Below the pieces are notes generated by a model that was given only the letters and a program-made list of their open reading frames with translations, was not told the origin of the DNA and did not search any database. 64,000 bases of DNA from Octopus vulgaris (Eukaryota): positions 73,284,001-73,348,000 of the forward strand of contig OX597833.1 of assembly GCA_951406725.2 (NCBI GenBank), given 5' to 3'. Shown piece by piece: positions 40,810 to 54,059 of the stretch. Within the stretch, counting starts at the first letter, position 1; each line of letters begins with the position of its first letter. Both the position numbers and the translations under genes were made by a program.

Positions 40810-41109
40810 CACCGTGATCACCATGACCGACCAGGCTATCATATGTTGCTACACATCGCTGGTCACAATGTTTTTGCCTTAAAGATACGCCACCCCGCTG
40901 GCTAAGTGAGCAGGCCAACAGAAGAAAGAGTGAGAGAAAGTTGTGGTGAAAGAGTACAGCAGGGATCGCGACCCCCCCCCCCGGCCGCAGCCTCGTTGAG
41001 CTTTAGGTGTTTTCGCTCAATAAACACTCACAACGCCCGGTTTCGGAATCGAAACCGCGATCCTACAACCGCGAGTCCGCTGCCCTAACCACTGGGCCAT
41101 TGCGCCTCC
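40810..41109 (-). mobile_element. tRNA-derived SINE, family 3
   Basis: Minus strand GGAGGCGCAATGGCCCAGTGGTTAGGGCAGCGGACTCGCGG...GGTTTCGATTCC with A and B boxes, followed by a non-tRNA body. Confidence 0.8.
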
Positions 41110-41135
41110 ATGTATGTATATGTATATATATATAT

Positions 41136-41728
<593 letters not shown>

Positions 41729-42903
41729 AATGCTGGAGCAGCGCCTTCAGTCGAGCAGATCGTCCGCAGCACTTCTTCTTTGTAAGCCTAGTATTTATAC
41801 TAACTTATTCTCTTTTGCCGAGCCGCTAAAATATAGGGAGTAAAACACACCAGCATCGGTTAAAACCATCAACAACTACAGTCAATCGAAGATAATGACC
41901 AAAATGTCTACTCTCATCCACCAGTTCCAACAAGATTTAACAAAAAAGGAGACAAATTGCTTGAGTAGATTTGACTGCAAAGCCAGTAACGTCTATGGAC
42001 TTCCCAAAATCTACAAAAGTTAGTCCATAAACGAAACCTGTAACAAGTTAACTTCTATAGTCATAAATATTCCACACCCGAGAGATCTCCGAATGAGGCC
42101 AATTATGGCCGATCCAAGTATGTAGATACGGGGGGCATTGGGTGCTTAGCACTCGCAATTAGAATAACATTGTCGCCATCTGAGAAAAATATTAGCAATA
42201 TCTGAAATCGCTAAATGTGCAATAAATTGAACTTCTTTTCATTTAGTAGTTAGTGATCTGCAAATATGGGTATCTTAGAGATGCTTAAAGTGTTTGTTGT
42301 AGCTTAAATTGTCGCACACACAAAAACGAATAAACACACACAGTCGCTCACAGACACGTACACACAGAAATAAAAACACTCACACATACACACACACAAA
42401 CACTGAAATGAAAATACCCACAGACACTCACACACACATAAATAAAAACAGTCCCACGCACACAAACGCTGAAAAAAAAACACTCACACGTAGACACACA
42501 CTCACATACGCACATACACACACACACACACATAGAAATGAAAATACACAGCTACACATACAAACACTCACACACACGGACAAACACATAAATGAAAACA
42601 CTCACTCACACACACTCACACATGCACAAACACACACACACATGGAAATGAAAATACAGTTATTCATCCAAACACTCACACACGCCCAAACTGAAAGAAG
42701 AGTGTCGTATATATGTATATGTAAATATATAGGCGTAAGAGTGGCTGTGTGGTATGTAGCTTGTTGCCCAAACACATGGATTTTGGTTCAGTCCCACTAC
42801 GTTGCACCATGGGCAAGTGTCTTCTAATATAGCCTCGGACAGACCAAAGTTTCTGAGTGGGTTTGGTACACGGAAATTGAAAGAAGCCCGTCGAATATAT
42901 GAA

Positions 42904-42950
<47 letters not shown>

Positions 42951-43077
42951 AAATGAGATAGGGGTTGAAAATTCAACCCACCATGGGATTGGTGTAATAA
43001 AGTATTGATTGGGTATCATCTGATAGTTGATGTTTTATTGATTTAAGTATGTTTCTCCATTTTCTAATTTTGTAGTA

Positions 43078-43136
<59 letters not shown>

Positions 43137-44917
43137 ATATATTTGTGTATGTTTATGTGTCCCCAAAACCGCTTCACAACTGATGCTTGTGTGTTTACGC
43201 TCCCGTAAATTAGCGGTTCGGCAAAGAGGACAAATGGAATAATACTAGACTTAGAAAGAATAAGTCCTGGTGTGGATTTGCTCGACAAAATGAGGTGCTC
43301 CAGCAGAGTCACAGTCAACTGACACAAACAAGAAAAAGAGTACTTGTGTATGTGTCACCTCTTCATTATTCTACAAAATACCTTGTAGAGTTACATCCCT
43401 TGCATATTATAATTGAATAATATTACTAATTTACTTAGAACGTATATTGTAGTTAACTATATATTTAAGATATAACTACAAATTATATTCTTGAGTTTGT
43501 TCCCTTGCATATTTATTATTGTTATTAAATTATATGCAAGGGAAATAACTCTAGGTATATTTTGTAGTTATCTCCCCTAAAGATGTGGTTATCATAAGAT
43601 ATACTTTGTCGCTCTATTTCACTCTTTCAGTTATTTCACTGCGGCCATGCTAGAGCACCGCCTTTACTCGAGCAAATCAACCCCATGACTTATTCTTTGT
43701 ATGCCTAGTACTTATTCTGTCGGTCTCTTTTGCAGAACCGCTAAGTTAGGGTGACGTTATGTTCGATGTGTGTGAGTGTTTGATTGTGGAACTGTGTATT
43801 TTCATTTCTACGTGTGTGTGTGTTTGTTTGTGCGTGTATGAGTGTGTGTGTGTGTGAGTATTTTCATTAGAGTCTTTGTGTGTGTGTGTGCGTGCGTGTG
43901 TGTGTGTGTGTGTGTGTGTGTTGAACTGCTTTCATTTATGTGTCTGCGTATTTGTATGTGTGGGTGTTTTCATTTGTGTGTGTGCGTGTGAGTGACTGTG
44001 TGTTTTTATTTGTTTGTGTGTGTGCATGTATGTATTCATGTATATATTTATGTATATATGTATATATGCAGATATATATTTATATATATGCCCGAGCATT
44101 GCCTTTAGTCAAACGAAACGTACCCTAGGACTTATTCTTTGGAAGCCAAGTACTTATTCTAACTTTTTCTATTTTGCCGAACCGTTACGTTACGTATGTG
44201 TGGACTGTGCTCAAACACGCACAAACACACATACGTCCGAACACGCACACAGATACATGCAAAGATGCACACTTGTAGGTATTTATGCTTTAAATATGTT
44301 GACCTTAAAACCGTGACATTCTGAAGAAATTGTATTGGTGTGCGCGTGTGCTTTCATTTCTGTGTCTGTGTGTGAGCGCGAATGTGTGACAGTGATTCCA
44401 GTTCAATTTTTGTACCTGCGCGTGTGTCTTTGTTTGTGATTGAGGGCGTGTGTAAATGTGTGTTTTGATTTCTAGATGTGTGTGTGTGAGTGTGTAACTG
44501 GGTGTTTTCATTTCTGTGTTTGTGTGTTTGCAGATGGAGAAAAGGTATTATTTTTAAAGTGGATAAAACTAATTTTCATACTGGAGTAGAGGGTGCTGAG
44601 ATTCCAACTGGGTGTGCTAACCACCCAGTAACCCCCTTATCTATGTACCTGAACTGGCGACAATTGGTCTCATTCTGAGATATCTCTGGTGTGGAATATT
44701 TATGAATATAGAAGTTGAGTTGTTGCAGCTTCGTTATATATATATATATATATATATATACTGCTAGGCGTAGGAGCGGCTGTGTGATAAGTAGCTTGCT
44801 TACGAACCGCAGTGTTCTGGGTTCAGTCCTACTTGGGCAAGTGTCTTCAACTATAGCGTCGGGGCGACCAAAGCCTTGTGAATAGATTTCGTAGACGGAA
44901 ACTAAAAGAAGCCCGTC

Positions 44918-44997
<80 letters not shown>

Positions 44998-45242
44998 ATA
45001 TACGTTTGTATGCCTCTTTATCTATCGAACATCGCTTGACAAACGATGCTGCTGTTTTCACGCCCCCGTAACTGAACGGTTCGGCAAAAGAGACCGATAC
45101 ATTAAGTACTAGGCCTATAAAGAATAGGTCCTGGGCTCTATTTGCTCGACTGAAGGCGGTGCTCCAACATGGCCGCTGTCAAATTAGTAAAGTAGCAAAA
45201 GTGAGTGAAAGAGTAATTAGCGAAACAGTGTATATTTTGTAG

Positions 45243-48200
45243 TGTCTGGGGAGAGTCGTTCTCTTTTAGTGCCTTATTATTTAACACACTCACCGGTAAA
45301 AATTCAAGGAGTGATGTTTATAGAGGCCACAGCCCATGGAGAACTAGCCCGTAGATTTAGAAAAGCTCTGAAGGAGACCAAACTCAACATTAAAATTGTT
45401 GAAAAGCCAAGGAACTCCGTCAGGTCACAATTATGAAGGACATGCCCGTTTAAGAATACCATATACACAATTGATAACTGCATTGTATGTAGAATTAGCC
45501 CTGGTATTAACTGTAGAACTCGAAATGTAGTTTATAGTATAAGATGCATAGAAGGTGCTTGTAAGGACAGGAACATGATGTACATAGGGGAAATGTCTAG
45601 GAGCATTGCAGAACGGATAAATGAACATCTAAGACAAATTGACAACAGAAAACAGTCCTCTATACTCTACCAACATGCCAAAGACCACCATGGAGGTAAC
45701 TTGGGTCAACTTGACATCCGCATCTTATGAAGCACCCAAAAGACCCAACACTCAGACAAATACGGGAGTACGTCGTTATAAATGAAACTTCCCCAATATT
45801 AAATAGGAAATATACACAATAAGTACCATACCTCCATACCCACAGTTTACGCAGGTAGAGTAGAATAGTTAGTGGACTGTTAGGTAGATAAATGTATGTA
45901 TGTGGGTGTAAGTGTGTATGCATGCCTTTTTTTTAATCATTATTATTTTTTGTTTGTCTTTTTGTTTTTGTAATATTTTTTATATTTATTATTTTTTATA
46001 TATTTTTTAAATTTTTTATTTACTTATTTATTTATATTTCATTTTTATTTATTTTTTTGAAATTTATGTATGTAAGCATTTAGATATGTAAATAAACAGA
46101 TCAACATACAGACGGATAGTTACATAGGTTACAAGAACAGACACATATGGATCCACGGATCCACACATAAAGATGCACATCCATACATACAAACATGGTA
46201 TATAGTTACATAGCACACACACAGATATGCACACACAAGGAGACAGAGGTGCATACATATACAAACATATGCTCACACACACATACATACATCTACTCGA
46301 AGCGATAAGATTCGTTTCAGCTTCGCATGACTGCTTGGTACTAGGCGACTTCAACGCTCCCACGATCGATTGGCCCGCATCAATTTGTACAACATCTTCC
46401 CGGTTCGGCCAGGCCCTTCTTGACGTGGCTGAAGATTGTTTTCTATCGCAACATGTTGAATATCCGACAAGGCATCGGTCTGGGCAGCAGCCATCTATGC
46501 TAGATCTGGTATTCTCCCGCTATCCAAGATCAGTGTCAGACGTATCTGTGTGCGCCCCTCTTGCCAGGAGTGATCATGCGGTCCTGAAGTTCGTCATGCA
46601 CACAACTTTTTCCACGCCCACGATTACTTCGCTGCCACGTAGAGTCTTCTCTGCAATTAATCTTGAAATTCTAACCGAGGCTTCCGCGCTTCTGGACTGG
46701 CGATCCCTGATGACGTTGTCCTCAGTTGACGAACTATGGTCATCCCTCAAAGCATATGTAATCTGTTTGACTGACCAGGCAGTTCCCGTTGGGCTTCCCA
46801 AGAGGAAGAAACACAAGCCCTTGGTGACGAAGAAGGTTAAACGAGAACGTCGACTCAGAGATATTGCTTGGGCTGAATTCAAAAATCTGGATTCGACTGC
46901 AGCTTTTGAGGTGTACAAAACTCAACGAGACCTAGCCGTGAAAATTGAAAAGAAAGAACGCTTCAGTTATGAATACAAAATCGCGGCAAATGCCAGTAGC
47001 AATCCAAAAACCTTCTTTGCCCATGTCCAGCGGAATTCCCGCTTGAACAACCAGATTGCAACGTTGGTAGACTCAAAAGGCGTATCGATTGAGGACCCTT
47101 ATCAACAGAGTCAATTATTTGCCGAGGCTTTTTCAACTATTTTCAAACAAGATGATGGTCGTGAACCCCCTCCATTTGATAGATCGGTACCTCCAATGCT
47201 TCGATTGATCATCACGCGGGACGAAGTCAAACGTGTTATTCAAGGCCTCGATGTCAACAAGGGTCACGGCCCTGACGGCATACACCCACGGGTTATCAAA
47301 GCGTTGGCTCCGGTCATCTGCGAGCCCTTAACACGACTATTCAATATGTCATTGGCGACGGGTGTTATACCTGCAGACTGGAGAACAGCGATAATCTGCC
47401 CAATTTTCAAGAAAGGGAGCCGCGAAGACCCGCTTAACTACCGACCGGTTTCCCTTACATCAATAATCAGCAAGATGTTCGAAACCATCCTTAAGAAAAG
47501 TATGATGCTCCACCTCCTAAACACAGCCTCGATCACTGATTCCCAACACGGCTTCGTGCCGAAGAGATCATGCTTGACCAACTTACTAGTAATGGGAGAA
47601 TTGGTGACGCGCACCCTCGATGATAGTGATGCTGTTGACATCGTTTTATTGGACTTTGCCAAAGCTTTTGACTCGGTAAACCACCGCCTACTACTTGTCA
47701 AGCTTCAAGCATATAGTTTCCATCCGGATATTGTACGATGGGTTGGTGCCTTCCTCTCAGATCGCTCCTTCCAAGTTCAAGTTAATGGTTCGCGGTCCGA
47801 CGTCTCCAGTGCGAGCAGTGGTGTGCCTCAAGGTTCAGTGCTTGGGCCCTTGTTGTTCTTAGTCTTCATAAATGACTTGCCCGACGACCTCACGCAACAC
47901 ACCCTTCTATTTGCCGACGATATCAAACTGGTCGCTCCTCGCGGTAGTATAGAGGATCTTCGTCGATGCCTCCACCAAATTTGGAAGTGGTCTAACGATT
48001 GGGACCTGTGTCTGAACGTGTCAAAGTGCTGTCATCTGCCTGTCGGCTCTACTCCTGCAACTCAACTTGATTTCGACCCGGGTCGTCTGCTGCTGGAGAG
48101 GACCGATCAGGTAAAGGACCTGGGTATCTTGGTGGATTCCTCCTTTTCGCCTTCGGCCCAGTGCGTCCATGCTGCCGACAAAGCGCGCGGAATTCTGTTT

Positions 48201-49148
48201 TTGATTCGACGGTCATTCGGAATGCTCACAGCAGCCATATTCCTGCCACTCTATGTCACGCTGGTGAGACCCATATTGGAGTATGGGATTCAAGCCTCTT
48301 CTCCTTATCTCCTCAAAGACATACAGCATCTCGAAAGAGTCCAGAGGCTGGCTACCCGCATGGTTCATGGTCTCAAAAATTTGTCCTACGAAGAAAGGCT
48401 GAGGACGCTCGACCTTTATTCTCTTGAAAAACGCCGCCGCCGTGGTGATCTCATTCTCGCCCACAACATCATAAGCGGGAAGTGTAACCTCTCGAAAGAG
48501 CTGTTCTTCACTCCTGCTCCGGAGCGTCGGCTGCGGGGTCTTTCCGAAAAGCTCTACCTGCGATGATTTCATCTCAATCGAAGGAGAGGAGCTTTCTCCG
48601 TCCGGGTTGCGGTCCGTGGAACAAGCTGCCAGACGAGATGGTGAAGATGCCGACGACCGCTTTGTTCAAAGCCTCCCTGGACCTCAAGTGGCCTGAACTC
48701 TTTACATGAACACCACCCTGTACTTAACTCCATGTCCCCCTAAATGGCCTTGCTATTTGCTTTTGAGCCAAATTAACTAACTAACTAACTAACTAACATA
48801 GAAAATACACAAACACGGACATACAAGCACATAAATATGCAGGATACGTACATACAGATGCACACACATACATACATACATATGCATACACACACACATA
48901 TATATACATACAGATGCAAACACATACATACGTACATGTATGCATGTATAGGCACACACACACACACACACACTGACCCACATGCATGCGCACAAACAAA
49001 CAAAAAAGGAACGGACAGAGTCAAGACTATTGAAAAGGTTGCAAGAAGCAATAAAAATTTTAGAAAATAAAAATAAGAAATAAGTGGAAATTTTTACCGG
49101 TGAGTGTGTTAAATAATAAGGCACTAAAAGAGAATGACTCTTCCCAGG
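45243..49148 (+). mobile_element. PLE remnant with inverted termini and a nested CR1 insertion
   Basis: 45243-45305 is the reverse complement of ~49087-49148; GIY-YIG coding remnant 45300-45830; degenerate HHR at 49027-49063. Confidence 0.65.
46293..48797 (+). mobile_element. Young CR1-clade LINE family B, 5'-truncated, ~755 codons open
   Basis: APE C-half ('LVLGDFNAP', 'LDLVF', 'SDH'), full RT ('SGVPQGSVLGPLLF', 'FADDIKL'), late TGA at 48564-48566, (CTAA)n tail. Confidence 0.95.
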
Positions 49149-49569
49149 GAATATGCTTCAACACACAAACTCATATAAAGAATCTTGCAAACCAAATCCA
49201 AAAACGAAATATAGTGTATATTCTGTTGACAAATTTAAGGGAGATAACTGGAAAATATCTTCTAGAGTTACTTCCCTTGTATATTATAATAATGACTTGT
49301 TTCATTCTTTTGACTGTGCCCATGCTTGAGCACCACCTTTTATCGAGCAAATTGACCCCAGGACATATTCTTTGTAAGCCTACTATTTATTCTATCGGTC
49401 TCCTTTGTCGAACAGCTAAGTTACGGTGACGTAAACACACCAGCATCGGTTGTCAGCATGTACTGTAAATAATGGTTAACAATAGAAGAACGAATTATAT
49501 GATGCTTTCCGTGGTTATATTTTGCCTATTGTAGTAAGGGATGAGGCATGATCACACAAGGCATTAACC

Positions 49570-50370
49570 TGTCGCTATATGGGGAAAATATGAGCAATAT
49601 CTGAAATCGCTAAAGATGCAATCAATTGAATTGATTTTGATTTAGTAGTTAGTGATCTGAAAATGTTAGAGCTGGTCAAATTATTTGTTGTAGCTGTAAT
49701 TGTCGCACACACACAGAAATAAAAACACACAGTCGCTCACACACGCGCACACACAGAAATGAAAACACTCTCACACACACAAACAGTGAAATAAAAACAC
49801 TCACTTACACACGCACACTCACACACTCATAACCACACACGCACACACATGAATAAAAACAGTCACACACACACACAGAATTGAAAATACAGTTACACAT
49901 TCATACACACGGAGAAACACACACACACACGAATGAAAACACACAGTTACACAATCACTCACACACATACACGCACAAGCAATGAACTGGAAACACTCTC
50001 TCACACATGCGCGCGCGCACACAGACACAGAATTGAAAGTACACACACACACACATACACACACGAATCGGCTGACCTACACACTCATACAATTTCTTCA
50101 AATTGTCACGGTTTTCAGGTCAACATTTTTAACGCATAAATAGCCACGAGTGTGCGTCTTTGCATGTATCTATGTGAGTGGTTGTGCGGACGTATGGGTG
50201 TTTGGGCGTGTGTGAGCACAGTCCAAACATACTCAAGGTGGTCGCATCGTCTCATGTGACCAGGCCGCGAAAGATTTTTTCTCCCACGAGAGTTCCGGAC
50301 CCCATTAATGAACTCATTTGCATACAGCCAATCAGAACTGGTTGTCAGGTTAACAAAGAGGAGTGTCTGC
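49570..50370. repeat. ~800-bp unclassified interspersed element with internal CA-rich array
   Basis: One end 'tgtcgc(c/t)atatg..aaaatat..gcaatatctgaaatcgctaaa', other end carries ATTTGCAT/CCAAT. Pieces recur at ~11.8, 15.6, 16.3, 17.7, 21.9, 22.7, 24.1, 38.9, 42.2, 44.2 and 59.9 kb. Confidence 0.7.
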
Positions 50371-50379
50371 ATGGGAAGT

Positions 50380-50531
50380 AGCTTGCTTACCAACCACATG
50401 GTTCCGCGTTCAATTCCAATACGTGGCACCATGGGCAACTGTCTTCTCCTATAGCTCGGATCGACCAAAGCTTTGTGAGAGGATTTGGTACACGGAAACA
50501 GAAGGAAGCCCGTCGTATATATGAATATATG

Positions 50532-50599
<68 letters not shown>

Positions 50600-51296
50600 G
50601 GTGTGTGTATGTTTTTGTACCTGTGTTTGTCCCCACAACATCGCTTCACAACCAATGCTGGTGTGTTTACGTCCCCATAACTTAGCGGTTCGGCAAAGTA
50701 CACCGATAGAGTAAGTACTAGGCTTACAAAGAATAAGTCCTAGGGTACATTTACTCGACAATAGGAGGTGCTCCACCATAGGCATAGTCAAATGACTGAA
50801 ACAGGTAAAACAACAAAAGAGTATACAATATATACAGATACATACATACATACATACATACATATATGCATACATACATACATACATATATATATACTCT
50901 TTTACTTGTTTCAGTCATTTGACTGTGGCCATGCTGGAGCACCACCTTTAGTCGAGCAAATCAACACCAGGACGTATTCTTTGTAAGCCTAGTACTTATT
51001 CTATCTTTTGCTGAACCGCTAAGTTACGGGGACGTAAACACACCAGCATCGGTTGTCAGGCGATGTTGGTGGAGGGGGACAAACACAGACACACAAACAT
51101 ATACACACGCACACACACATAGATATACATATATACGACGGGCTTCTTTCAGTTTCCGTCTACCAAATCCACTTCCAAGGCTTTGGTTGGCCCGAGGCTA
51201 TAGTAGAAGACACTTCCCCAAGGTGCCACGCAGTGGGACTGAACCCGGAACCATGTGGTTGGGAAGCAAGCTACTTACCACACAGTCACTCCTGCG

Positions 51297-51298
<2 letters not shown>
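50380..51298. mobile_element. Tail-to-tail pair of SINE family 1 copies (+ 50380-50820, - 50897-51298)
   Basis: Both match family 1 in opposite orientation, ~75 bp apart. Confidence 0.85.
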
Positions 51299-51339
<41 letters not shown>

Positions 51340-51342
<3 letters not shown>

Positions 51343-51540
51343 CTGCAACTCAGTGGTTACCGATGATGTTGACTTGTTTTACTTTTCGGATTATGGCTGC
51401 TGTTGCTTAGTGAGTGGGATTTACTCAGTGCACAGCCTTTCTTCACTTAAAAAAAGCTTCTTGCACAGGCATTGCACGATAATAACATTGATTAATCTTC
51501 GTGCAATGGCCATACTCGATAACGAGGGGGCAGCCACCAT
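51340..51540 (+). mobile_element. Short RTE-derived element (5'UTR piece joined to RTE-type tail)
   Basis: 51340-51495 matches 60729-60880; followed by 'atggccatactcgataacgagggggcagcc'. Confidence 0.6.
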
Positions 51541-51572
51541 ATATATAGATACACACACACACACACACACAC

Positions 51573-51721
<149 letters not shown>

Positions 51722-51726
51722 ATATG

Positions 51727-51820
<94 letters not shown>

Positions 51821-52425
51821 CATACATATATACGTGTATATACCGACACACGCATATATACTATCTAAAACAATATAAAAACCTGATTAAGTCCAAAAGG
51901 TAGTGCTAGATGTTGTTATTACTTTATATAGTTGTGGGGGTGTAATTAAATGTAAATTATATGCTAGTCAATGTTTATTTGTTAAAGGTAACAGCAGAAA
52001 CGTTGCATGTGTATGCGTGTCTGTTCGTCCGCGAATGGTCGCGTCCCCTTCCTATGCGAAAAACGAACACTTAAATATTAAACAGTCACGTATTTGTTAT
52101 ATAAAACAAGGGAAGTAACTCTAGAAGTTATTTTTTTTTAGTTACCTCCCTTAATTACATAGTGTAGAGAATATACAGTTTTGTCGCTATTTACTCTTTT
52201 ATTCTCTTTTACGTTTTTCAGTTATTTAACTGCGGCCATGCTGGAGCAGCGCCTTTATTCGAGCAATCAACCCCGTGACTTATTCTTTGTCGGCTTATTA
52301 TTTAATCAGACGGTCTCTTTCGCCGAACGGCTAAGAAACGGGAACTTGAACACACCAGCACCTGTTATCAAGCGAAGTTGAAGGGATAAACAGACATACA
52401 AACGTGTATGTGTGTGTGTGTGTGT

Positions 52426-52481
<56 letters not shown>

Positions 52482-52700
52482 CGGCGGTGAGCTGGCAGAA
52501 ACGCCAGCACGCCGGGCGAAGTGCGTAGCCGTATTTCGTTTGCCGTTACGTTCTGAGTTCAAATTCTGCCGAGGTCGACTTTGCCTCTCATCCTTTCGGG
52601 GTCGATAAATTAGGTACCAGTTACGCACTGGGTCGATGTAATCGACTTAATCCGTTTGTCTGTCCTTGTTTGTCCTGTGTTTAGCCTCTTGTGTGTAGTA
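52482..52700 (+). mobile_element. SINE family 4 with Meta/Nin-type conserved core
   Basis: B-box-like GAGTTCAAATTC, then 'gtcgactttgcctctcatcctttcggggtcgataaattaggtaccag'. Confidence 0.65.
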
Positions 52701-52701
52701 A

Positions 52702-52761
<60 letters not shown>

Positions 52762-52903
52762 TAGTTGAATGAATTATCCTAGTATGGATAATTCGGTTAA
52801 CCGATACCCGGGTAGCAAATTCACGTCAGAAAACACGGTTGAAGCTACATGCCAAGGGCAGAGATCACGTGCTTTCGTGTGGAAATTTGTGTGTTTTTTT
52901 TAT

Positions 52904-53356
52904 TATAAATAAATGAAAGAATGTAGTCGAACGACGATTTAACAAAATTCCTTTATTCTGGACATATGTTTCGAAGACTGCATATTCCTAATTCCGAAGG
53001 AATAAGGGGTGCATTATGCCGCATTCTCATCAGGAAAGACAAGGAACTTATGTCAACCTTTTTTGAACTCTTGAACTTTCTAGAATCTTCTCCATTCAAC
53101 CAATTTTGACGTCACTGCTTATAACGGAATATTTAAAGAAACACTCATTATCACTATGGACTCCGTGTGGGCAGTCATCTAAAAGTTTTTGTTCGTCAGG
53201 ATGCTGACATAAGTTCCTTGTCTTTCCTGATGAGAAGGCGGCATAATGCACCCCTTATTCCTTCGGAATTAGGAATATGCAGTCTTCGAAACATATGTCG
53301 AGAATAAAGGAGTTTTGTTAAATCGTCGTTCGACTCCATTCTTTCATTTATTTATA
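52904..53356. repeat. Inverted repeat (~150-bp arms, ~150-bp spacer), PLE pseudo-LTR pair
   Basis: 52904-53055 is the reverse complement of 53205-53356; each arm has an HHR followed by AATAAA. Confidence 0.88.
53223..53303 (+). ncRNA. Type I hammerhead ribozyme, canonical core (mirror copy on - strand at 52957-53037)
   Basis: UUUC-CUGAUGA-GAAGGCGGCAUA...UAUGCAGUCUUC-GAAA-CAUAUG-UC|GAGA; 11/12 pairs in stem II, palindromic stem III, GUC site. Confidence 0.8.
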
Positions 53357-53516
53357 TATATATATATGTTCCGTCTACCAAATCCACTCACAATGTTTTG
53401 GTTGGCCCGAGGCTATAGTAGAAGACACTTGCCCAAGATGCCACGCAGTGGGACTGAACCCAGAACAATGCGGGTCGTAGGCAAGCTACTTATCACACAG
53501 CCACTTCTACGCCTAT

Positions 53517-53595
<79 letters not shown>

Positions 53596-53610
53596 TACAC
53601 ATACATACAT

Positions 53611-53659
<49 letters not shown>

Positions 53660-53794
53660 CATACACACACACATATATATGTGTATTTATTTTATTTATT
53701 TTTATTTTATCTAGTTTCAGCTCACGAGCTGTGGCCATGCTGGGGCACCGCCATTTGGTGCATGAGAGAGTTATACATACACATCTATATACAT

Positions 53795-53877
<83 letters not shown>

Positions 53878-53922
53878 TATATACATACATATATATATAT
53901 ATATATATATGCATACATATAT

Positions 53923-53982
<60 letters not shown>

Positions 53983-54059
53983 CATTAATTAAAAATATAT
54001 TTATTAAAAACGTAATATATTTCGCTTGAAGCCAAATATAATACATTAAAGTTAGTTAC

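Noticed and set aside
41030-41109. tRNA gene
   Set aside because: A and B boxes present but no acceptor stem or terminator; continues into a SINE body.
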